Part shown: positions 20,171-29,200 of the stretch, in pieces
Position numbering within the stretch: the first letter of the stretch is position 1
Layout of the letters: each line of letters begins with the position of its first letter
Assembly: GCF_000195955.2 (NCBI RefSeq)
Contig: NC_000962.3
Span: 4,350,001-4,382,000 of the forward strand
Direction of reading: 5' to 3'
Source of the DNA: Mycobacterium tuberculosis H37Rv
GTDB lineage: Bacteria > Actinomycetota > Actinomycetes > Mycobacteriales > Mycobacteriaceae
DNA length: 32,000 bases
Notes under the pieces: model-generated
What the model saw: only the letters and a program-made list of their open reading frames with translations
What the model was told of the DNA's origin: nothing
The model's database searches: none
Translations under genes and position numbers: made by a program

Positions 20171-21684
20171 GCAAACAGCCCCCCTAGGGCCGCAGCCGCT
20201 GGTAACAACGCGATCATGGCCAGCACTTCTAGCCATTCCACGGTCAACCGGATGATCGGCCTAAACCGCGTCGCCGGTACCACGAGGGCCACGGCCAAAC
20301 CCAATGCGGCGAAAGCCGCGACGAAGATCGCAGGCCAAAGCAGCCCGGTCTGAACACCTTTCGGGGTGTCGAGGGCGTACTTAAGCACCCCGGCACACAC
20401 CGCGGCGGACGCCCCGCACACCAATGCGACCGCTTGGTATTTGGCGGCGAACCCGCGGCCCTGGGTGATGAAGAGGCCCACCGTCAAGCCGGCAACCAAC
20501 AACGCCAACCAGGCCCACGGTTGACGTGGCGTCAGCACCCCCCATACCGCGGCGGGCAGTACGAGCGACACCCCGACGCACATACCCACCTGTACCGCGT
20601 TAACCAGCCGCGCCGACGCGGCGATCGCGGTGCCGCGGGCGGTGATGTCGGTCAGTTCATTGTCCTCATCGTCGGCGTCGGCTTCGCTGACCGGAGCCAC
20701 CGTATCGACGGGCATTCCCGCACGGCGCGCGAACAGATCCCGGCCGGTGATCGATCCGAAGTGCGGGGGTCGTACCCGTGCCACCCACAACGCAACGGTC
20801 GGAGTCATCCTGATCAGGACAAGCAGCCCTACCAGCACGCAAATCGCCAGCACCTGCATCGAAACCGGCCTAAACATTCGGACGGCGGCGACAGCGGCAA
20901 GGATCCCGCACACCGTTACCACCGCGGTGACCACTGCGGTCTGCCACCGCTTGCGGGTCGCCACGCCGATCGTGATCGCACCCAGAACCACCACCACGAG
21001 CCCGATCAGCGCATGAGCCGCCCCGAGCGCGCCCGGCGGCGCGCACGCGGCGGCCACGGCAAGCAACACCACCGCCAGCCACCCGAACCCACTGAACAGG
21101 TCACGGCGCTCCCGCCAACCCCACCACACCACCAATGCCCCGATCACCAGGAGCACACCAATCCCGCCAGCCATCGCAGCTGGGACCGGGCTGTCGGTGA
21201 TTGTGCGTGTCCGCAACGTCAGGGCCAGCACCACTCCGACCGCCATGGCGATAATCGCCATGGCGGTGTGGGCGGCAGTCAGCGAGGTTACCGGCGCAAA
21301 CATCCGATCCCCGCCGTCACGCCCCAGCCACTTGCCCATGGCCGCCAGCCCGGTGGATAGCGATTCGTACTGTGGCTCAAACGACTCGCCAGCAACCCGG
21401 GGTACTAGCACCAGCGTGTCACCGTCTTGAACGCCCAGCTCGTCGAGGCTCTTGTTGATGTCCAGCCGCACCCCGTTGATCTTGTGTAGCTCATAGCTAC
21501 CCGCCGGCAGCGCAACCCCGTCGAAACCTTTGCGCTTCAGATCGGCATCGAACAACTCCACCATTCCTTCGAAGAATCCCTCTACTGGAATTCCGGCGGG
21601 GAATACCTGGGAGCATAGATGCTTGTCGTAGCAAATGTTGACCGCACAACGTGCCGGGAAAGCAACCTTATGCGGCGCAGTCAC
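20155..21684 (-). CDS. eccD2: EccD2, ESX-2 integral membrane component, 509 aa
   Basis: Ubiquitin-like N-terminus, then about 10-11 hydrophobic segments ([22 protein letters not shown]..., [12 protein letters not shown]...). Confidence 0.93.
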
Positions 21685-22706
21685 TGCGCCGCCCGTTCGG
21701 CATCCGGAACGTATTTGTCGGCCAATCCGGCGGTGATTTCGAAAAGCCGCAACCGCGACTTCTTATTTAATTCATGCACCGTATCAATGATCCCGCCTTT
21801 GGCCAGGTGCGGATCGAACGGCATTGCTTCCACGATTGCACCGACCTTGGTAAAACGTTCGGTCAGGTAGGCCAGCGCATCCTTGTCGGTAATGCTGTCG
21901 GTGTGGTTGAGGATCACGGTGCTGCGCGAGACCAGCTCGTGATAACCCTGCGCCCTGAGGTAGTCCACCGCCCGCAGCACCGGCCGGGACCGGTCCGCGG
22001 TGATTCCCGAGACGAACACCAGGGTGTCGGTGCTCTGCAGCACTGCCTTCATCACGTCGTGCTCTAGGTCGGGCGAGGTGTCGATGACAATGACGGTATG
22101 AGTTCGCCGCAGCCGAGACAACACTGCGGAGAACATCGCCGGGACGAGCGGCCTGGGCTGGTCTGATGTCCGATTTCCGGCCAGTACGTCGAGCCCGACC
22201 GTGTTTTGCCCCAGGTGTTCGCGAATGTCTGCGTAGCCCTGGACATCGGTGTCGTTGATAATGGCGGCGTAATCCCCCGGCGGCGACTCGTCGATGCGGT
22301 CGGCCAGGGTACCGAAACTCGGAACCGCGTCGATCGCAATCACGTTCTCCGGGCGGCATTCCCGAAACACGCCGCCGATGCACGCGGCCATCGTGGTGAC
22401 CCCCACGCCGCCCTTGCCGGACACAACCGTGATGACATATTGCCGACGGATATGCCGACGGATACGTCCCTGTAAATTGCGGTAGTGCCGTTCCCGGGGC
22501 GATTCACCTGGATTAATTTTGTGAAATGAAACGGAATAGACGAATTTCCGCCAACCGGTTCCCGGGGGAATCTTTCTAGGGGCAGCCAGATCGGTAATAC
22601 GCATGGTGTCGGATACCGAATCCCGAAAGTGATGCCGCACCGACGGATCGCCGCGTCCGATCGCGCCGTCGTCTAACATATTCGGGTCATTCCACGGGTT
22701 CGTCAC
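21681..22706 (-). CDS. ParA/MinD-like protein of the ESX-2 locus (Rv3888c-like), 341 aa, degenerate P-loop
   Basis: [59 protein letters not shown]; arrangement parallels the EspI C-terminal domain. Confidence 0.88.
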
Positions 22707-22799
22707 GACCGCGATGCTAACATGATTCGAGATTCCTTGTTTACTGCGCGTGAGCGGCTCTTTGAGTGCATTAGTTTGCTATTCGCCAGACAATGTCAT

Positions 22800-23630
22800 T
22801 CACACCACACGCCGGTATGAGTACCATTCGTCACCAGCGGGCAAGCGGCGGATGAGCCGTTGCACCGCCCCACCGATATCAGAGCGCGATCCAGGCGAGA
22901 GGACCTGGTAACGTCGCTGTCCCGAGGTCACGCTTTCGACGCAGATGCGCCCGGCGGCAGTGTCCACGATGGCCACCGTTGAATCGCCGACCAGGATGCG
23001 CGCCGACTTTTCCGGCCCGACGCCTGCCTGCAGCGCCACCAGGGTGGCGTGCGCGGAGCGTGTGGGATCGGCGGCCATGGTTACCATCTGTAGCTGGTCG
23101 ACGTCCAGGCGCTGACTGAGCAGATACGACCGCAAGGTGCCGGCGTCGCGTACGGCGTGTAGTAGTTCGTCGGCGTCGACGGTGACCGGCCGTAGCGGGG
23201 CGGCCTCAGCGACACCGCACAACCGCTCGACCTGACCCACCACGAGTTCGCCGGCCCCGGCCTCGTCACTGGCGGTGCCGGCCGGGTAGAGCCGCACCAG
23301 GTTGCCGTGGCGTTCCAAGACCACCCACCAGGTGGCAAATCGGCAAATGGCCGCGCGCGTCGGTTCGCCGCCCGGCACCCCGATCGTTACCAGTAACCCC
23401 AGGTCGCGTCGCAACAGCACGGTCAGCCATTCACGGACCATGGGGTCGGCATTACCGGCCTGGTCCAGAGCCCCCACCGCCATCAACTCGGCGGCCACCG
23501 GGTGGCGAAGTGCCCGCTCGGCGGTGTCCAACCGCGGCAACAATGGCCGTAATCCCAGTTCCGGACAGGTTTGTTCCACCCCGGTTACCGCTTGTAGTAC
23601 CCACAGGCCATCGACCGTCGTCGTCAGCAT
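22800..23630 (-). CDS. espG2: EspG2, ESX-2 EspG-family chaperone, 276 aa
   Basis: MLTTTVDGLWVLQAVTGVEQTCPELGLRPLLPRLDTAERALRHPVAAELMAVGAL is EspG-like; position between Rv3888c-like and the esx pair. Confidence 0.88.
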   Translation of the reverse strand: MLTTTVDGLWVLQAVTGVEQTCPELGLRPLLPRLDTAERALRHPVAAELMAVGALDQAGNADPMVREWLTVLLRRDLGLLVTIGVPGGEPTRAAICRFATWWVVLERHGNLVRLYPAGTASDEAGAGELVVGQVERLCGVAEAAPLRPVTVDADELLHAVRDAGTLRSYLLSQRLDVDQLQMVTMAADPTRSAHATLVALQAGVGPEKSARILVGDSTVAIVDTAAGRICVESVTSGQRRYQVLSPGSRSDIGGAVQRLIRRLPAGDEWYSYRRVV

Positions 23631-23725
23631 GTCACGTTCATCTCAACCAGCTAGCAGCAAGCAGAAGGTGGGGCAGACGCGCGGTCCGCGCATGTACCCC
23701 ACCTTCACTCGGCCCACGGCCGGCT

Positions 23726-24013
23726 TTAGAACAAGCCCGCGATGGCCTGGTCGGTTCCGATCGCGTTGTCCAGCACGTGGCCGGTGGTAGTCCCATGCTG
23801 ACCCACCGTCTCAATGAGCCCCTGCAGCCCCGACAGCATCTGCGCCTGGGCGTCGAAAAACCCTTGCGCGCCGTGGCCCGCGAAAAACTCTTGCAGCGCA
23901 TTTGTTTTGCTGGCGGTGTCTTCGTAAATCATGTGGAGCTGGCCGGCGCGCGAGCCCACGTCGGAAGCGAAGTCGGATACGGCTCCCGGGTTATACGTGA
24001 TTTGATCTGACAT
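23726..24013 (-). CDS. esxC: EsxC, WXG100-family protein, 95 aa
   Basis: MSDQITYNPGAVSDFASDVGSRAGQLHMIYEDTASKTNALQEFFAGHGAQGFFDAQ...; size and pairing with esxD. FAG replaces WxG. Confidence 0.93.
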   Translation of the reverse strand: MSDQITYNPGAVSDFASDVGSRAGQLHMIYEDTASKTNALQEFFAGHGAQGFFDAQAQMLSGLQGLIETVGQHGTTTGHVLDNAIGTDQAIAGLF

Positions 24014-24048
24014 GTGAAATTCCTTTCCGAGGCGTGAAACGAGTTGGG

Positions 24049-24372
24049 TCAGGATCCGTGGCTAGCGCCGAACAGCGCCTGAAACGCTGTCTGCGAGTCC
24101 GCCTCGTGTCCCTCCATCAGGGCTGCGGCCTGCACGAGGCCCTCGGCCAGGCGCGTGCCCCCGGTAAGGACCTTGTTCAATTCATTGGTGATCTCGGTGG
24201 CTGTCATATGCGAAGCAACGACGCCGGTACCAGACCAGGTGGCGGGGTTCATGACGTTTTCCTGGTTGGCTAGGTAGCCCTTGGCGATTCCCATGGCTTG
24301 CTCCATATTCGCCTGGATATCGTTGGCGGTGCTGCGCAGCATCTGCGGTGTTACCTGAATTGTGTCTGCCAC
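24049..24372 (-). CDS. esxD: EsxD, WXG100-family protein, 107 aa
   Basis: GTG start at 24372, preceded by AAAGGAG; MADTIQVTPQMLRSTANDIQANMEQAMG...NPATWSGTGVVAS (WSG). Confidence 0.93.
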   Translation of the reverse strand: MADTIQVTPQMLRSTANDIQANMEQAMGIAKGYLANQENVMNPATWSGTGVVASHMTATEITNELNKVLTGGTRLAEGLVQAAALMEGHEADSQTAFQALFGASHGS

Positions 24373-24483
24373 GGGCCCTTCTCCTTTACTGCCGTTAGCC
24401 GTTCCCCCTCAAATATCGGGGCATGACGCGAAGTGTATGGCTGCTCTGCGGACCTGTCGATTCACCCTGTGCCCGAGCTAGAT

Positions 24484-25683
24484 CTACCGCCGGTCATCGA
24501 CAACACGCACCGTCGCGGCCTGCTCGGACTTGCCATGGGATCCGCGGTGACCCCCCGCCGCATGTCCGACCGGCATGCCTCCGATAGGGGTGCCACCCAC
24601 CGTGGTCGTCGGCGCGCGCACGACGTCGGCGCCCAAAGCCCCGCTGGGCCGCAACCCGACCGGCCTGCCGCTGGTGCCCGATTCGAAAGCGCTGACGGGA
24701 CGTGTGAAGCTCGTCGCTGGCATACCGCCGCCGCCCAGGGCGGCGCCTCCGCCGCCCGCACCGACCTCGGTGGCCGCGGCCGATATCCCACCGGCCGCCG
24801 AAGCCGCCGAGGCTCCCGGCGCCGCCCCGCCCATGCCCAGTGCGCCCGGGTTGGCGAACATGCCCACCATCGATTGCAGCGGCTGCATCGCGCTCATCGG
24901 TGCCTGCATCAGTCCCGACGGCGCCTGCAGCGCCTGCGGGGCCGCTTGCATCACCGCCTGCATCGGCTGCATGAACGTGCTGAGCTGATTGCCGAAGTTC
25001 TCACCCGCCGACGTTGACTGACCCGCGCCGGTTGACCCTGCCTGCACGCCCTGGTAGGCGGAACGCATCCCGTCACCGGCCGCGGCCTCGGCGGCCGCCT
25101 GGCCAACCGCCGCCGCAGCCTGTGCCGGAGCGGCCGGAGATGCACCCATGGTCGCGACCGGCGGCGGAATTGCCAGACTCTCGGCCAGCGCGGCGAGAAC
25201 CCCTCCGTAGGTGGCGCCCACCGCGGCGTTATTCGGCCACATCACCCCGAAATACTCGACGTCCAAAGAGACGATTCGAGGCGTTAGTGTCCACAGCACG
25301 CTGGGGTTGATGGCGTTGTCGACGCCCCATTCGTCGCGGTTCTCCATGCACTCGGGGGCAGGGCGCATGGCCGCGTTGGCGGTCTCAAACGCCGCGATCG
25401 CGGTCGATACCACGGCCGGCTTCACGTCGACCCAGCCGGCCAGTCCGTGCAGCGTGGCGTTGAGCATGGTGACGTTAAGCGCCGAGGCCGCCGACCCGAC
25501 ACCCAACCAGCTCGCCGCGGTGGCGGCGGTGTTGATCGCCGACGCGACACCCGAGGCGTGGTGGCTGGCGCCCAGTGTGGTCCACGCCGTTTGATTGGCC
25601 AGATGGGTGCCCACGCCGGTGCCCGCCGTGAGCAGCAGGTCGTTGGCCTCAGGTGTCCGCGCAGCCCATCCTGGATCGGGCAT
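24484..25683 (-). CDS. PPE69: PPE69, PPE family protein, 399 aa
   Basis: MPDPGWAARTPEANDLLLTAGTG...AASWLGVGSAASALNVTML; degenerate PPE motif (TPE) and WLG; Gly-rich C-terminus. Confidence 0.92.
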   Translation of the reverse strand: MPDPGWAARTPEANDLLLTAGTGVGTHLANQTAWTTLGASHHASGVASAINTAATAASWLGVGSAASALNVTMLNATLHGLAGWVDVKPAVVSTAIAAFETANAAMRPAPECMENRDEWGVDNAINPSVLWTLTPRIVSLDVEYFGVMWPNNAAVGATYGGVLAALAESLAIPPPVATMGASPAAPAQAAAAVGQAAAEAAAGDGMRSAYQGVQAGSTGAGQSTSAGENFGNQLSTFMQPMQAVMQAAPQALQAPSGLMQAPMSAMQPLQSMVGMFANPGALGMGGAAPGASAASAAGGISAAATEVGAGGGGAALGGGGMPATSFTRPVSAFESGTSGRPVGLRPSGALGADVVRAPTTTVGGTPIGGMPVGHAAGGHRGSHGKSEQAATVRVVDDRR

Positions 25684-25689
25684 GCCTAC

Positions 25690-25995
25690 TTACCCTTGCA
25701 GCGCCGATGCCGCCGCGCGCGCCGCTTCTGTGGTCACGTACACGCCCGACGCGAGGCCCTGCTAACCCGCGAACAGGCCGCGCTGACTGGCGTGTTCGGC
25801 AACGACACCCAGGTAGCTGGCACCGCACGCGTTGAGCGCTGCGGAGAACATCGCGGAGTCGGGATCACCACCCATCGGCGTGGTGCTAAGCAGGGCTGGC
25901 GCCGCTCCGGCGGCCGCTGCCTCGGTTTCCGCACTGATCGCCGACTCGGCAGCTGCCGACGCCAGCACTGCTTCTGGTTGCACAGACCAAACCAT
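25690..25995 (-). pseudogene. PE36: PE36, PE family protein; annotated-style ORF is 25762-25995 (77 aa), with the PE-like domain continuing in frame past an internal TAG to a TAA at 25690-25692
   Basis: MVWSVQPEAVLASAAAESAISAETEAAAAGAAPALLSTTPMGGDPDSAMFSAALNACGASYLGVVAEHASQRGLFAG[TAG]QGLASGVYVTTEAARAAASALQG[TAA]. The 77-aa CDS is secure; the pseudogene or readthrough status is interpretation. Confidence 0.7.
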
Positions 25996-26261
25996 GTTCG
26001 CCCCTCCGATTGCTTCTGCAATGCGTGATGGTCGCTGAGTGTAATGCGAGTCGGCCGATCGCGTATGCGCAAATCAGTCGTCTGCACCGATGCCGACGTC
26101 GAACTGGTCCACGCCGCCCCATGTGTTCCAGCATGTCAGCGGTACGTGTGGGGCGGATGTGAAATCTGCGACGCCTGGAGGATACGCGCGGGTGTCACTG
26201 AACCCGTACAGCGACATGGTCAGGCAGAAAGTAGCCATGCGCGCTATCTTGCGATCCGGCC

Positions 26262-29200
26262 CTACTGCTCGCCGGGCACCGACGGATACCCCACCAAAAT
26301 CCCCTCGACGTCGCCGTCGGCACCGACCAACAGACCTCGTCCAGGCGGCAACGTTTGGGCTCGCACCGATCGATTGATTCGGTTTTGCGGATCGTTATCC
26401 ATATACAACTGGGCCACTTTCGCCGAGGTCTGGGATTTCACCCAGGGGTCCATCGGCATCGTGGCCCAGTTCGCGCTGTTGCGCGTGCTGAATACGTGCA
26501 AACCGACCTGGCGGGCGCGTTCCATCAACTTCCACAGCGCCGCACCCACCGGCGGCTTCTGTGGGTAGCTCTGAGCCGGCCGCAGGTCCTGCACGTCGTC
26601 GATGAGCACAAAGTGCCGCGGTCCTTCCCACGGCTTGAGTGCGCGCAACTCCTCCTGGCTCAAACCCTTGGGCGGCAACCGCGGCAGCAAGATCTGCTGG
26701 GCCAACTCGGTGATCACCTCGTCGATTTCATCTTGGTCGTAGGCATACGCGCGCACATACCCAGGGGCGTGCAGATCTCGCAGACCGTGCGGAGCCGTTT
26801 TAGGGTCGATCAGCGTGAGCTGCGCCTGCTGCGGGCTGAACCGGTTCATCACCGCCTCGCCGATGGCCACCAGCGCCGTGGTCTTGCCGCAGCCTTGCCG
26901 ACCTAAGATCATCAACCCTGGGCTCTCGCGCAGCTTGATCGGCACCGGACCCAGCTCGTGGCGCTCTCCGATCGCAAACGCGATCGACAGATCGTCACCG
27001 CCCTGGTGGACGGCCTCGTGCTCGACAATCGCGGACAGTTCCACCCGCTGTGGCAGCCGCTGCAGACTTGCGTGCTTGGTCACCCCGGCCACGTCGGCGA
27101 TTCGCGCCCCGACATCGGTGATGCCCACCAGCTCGCCGGTACCGGGGTCGGCCAGGGCCGGAACACCGATTCGCAGCTCGTGCAGGCTTTCCGTCAAACC
27201 AAATCCTGGGCGGTTCAACGTCCGCCGCGCCGCCTCCCGCGATTCGATCGACAAATGCCCCATCTGGCTCTCACCGGGATCGGCCAGCCGCAACTGAATT
27301 CGCGCCGTGACATTCTGCAGCAGGCTCTGCCGCTGCCCATGAATCCAGCCGCCGGCACTGCACATCAGGTGCACCCCGTATTCGGGACCGCGGCTGCTCA
27401 ACGAGATGATGCGGTCCCCCAACAGGGTGTCCTTGGCGTACAGGTCGTCGTAGTCGTCGAGCACCACAAAGACATCGCCGAACGCGTCGGTGGGATCGGT
27501 GCCACCCACCCCGTCGCCGCCGATCCCGAACCGGCGCTCGCGGAACCCGTCCATGTCGATCTTGGCTCGCCGAAACGCCTCTTCCCGCGCATCGATCAGC
27601 GCATCCATGGTGCTCAAGATGCGTTCGATGCCCTCGGCATCCTTGGGCGACACGATATCGGTAACGTGTGGAAGCGACCCAATCTGGGCCATGGTCGCCC
27701 CGCCGATGCAAAAGAACGTCACTCGCTCCGGGGTGTACATCGTTGCCGCCGAACACATCAGCGCCATCAAGGTTGTGGTCTTGCCGCGCTGCTTGGCGCC
27801 CACCACGATGATGTTGCTGCGTAGCGCGTCGACGGCGTGTACCACTTGCTGGGATTCTTCGGGGATGTCCATCACTCCCACCGGGAACATCAGTCCCGGG
27901 TTTTGACCGTAGTCGACATGCCAGGGTTTGCCACGATACGCAGCCACCAGCCTATCGACCGGCTCGGGGTCTTCCAGCGGCGCCAACCACGGCCGGCGCG
28001 GCGATCGGTGCGGCACGTTGTATAGCGACTCCCGCAGCACGTCGACGATCTTCTTCTTCTTGAAACCGTCGTCGTAATAGAGGAATTCGTCGGGTTCCGC
28101 ATCGGCGGCCGCGGCGGTCGCCAATGCCTCGGCGTCGGCGGCATCCAGCGGTTGGTACTGCCAGTCGTACAGCCGGGGTTGGGTCAACGTCATGTCGATG
28201 GTTCGGGCCACCTCTTTCTTCTTCGGCACCACAAACGGCGCAGAGAGGTAAAAGCAGCGGAACGGTTCCAGATCCCGCGGCCCCACCTTGAGCAGCGCGA
28301 AACCGTTCTCCTTCGACGGCAGATGGTAGGCGGCGTCGCTGCCGATCACTTCGCGGCTGTCATCACCGGATTCAGCGCGCAGCGCAATCCGAAACGCGAT
28401 GTTGGACTTGACCTTTTGCAGCGACGACAGGTCCAGCCGTTGACCGCCTAGCATGAAGAAGACGTTGGCGCCGCGACCCTCCTGACCGATGTGGATGATC
28501 AGATCAATCCACTTTTTGTGGTTGGCGAACAGCTCCAGGTATTCGTCGACGATCACCAGCAGCACCGGCACCGGCGGCAGATCGCGTCCGGCGAGGCGAA
28601 TCTCTTCGTAGTCGTTGGCGTCGCGCGCACCTACCGATTTGAACAGTTCGTAGCGCTGTTTGATCTCGCCGTCGATAACTCTGCGCATCCGCTCGGCCAG
28701 ATGCCGCTCGTCTTTGCCGAGGTTGGATAGCGCGGCCACCACGTGCGGGATGCCCAGGATGTCCTGGGCAGCCGATTCGAATTTCATGTCGACGAAGATG
28801 ACGTTGAATGTTTCCGGTGAGTGCGTCAGCGCGATCCCATAGACCAACGACAAGAAGAGCTCCGACTTGCCCGAGCCGCTGGTTCCGATGACCACTGAGT
28901 GAAACCCGAAGCCGCCAAAGTCCTTGGCGCGCAGGATGATGTTCTGCAGCTCGCCGTTCGGTTTGGCGCCCACCGGAATCTCACACCACCGATCGTCGCC
29001 GCGACCGCGCCGCTCGGCCCACAACCGATCGACATCCAATTCCCGGGGGTCGCTAATGCCGAGCGAACGCAGCAGCTCGGCCGCGCCGCTGGTGGAATCG
29101 GTGACCTCGCTGCGACTGGTCGGTGACCACCGCGCCATCGCCCGCGCATATCGGTAGGCCCGGTGGATGGACAGCTGGTCGGCATGCGCGAAGAACGTGC

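Noticed and set aside
26815-27824. Plus-strand ORFs of 160 and 288 aa opposite eccC2
   Set aside because: No recognisable family; covered on the minus strand by continuous eccC2 with P-loop motifs.
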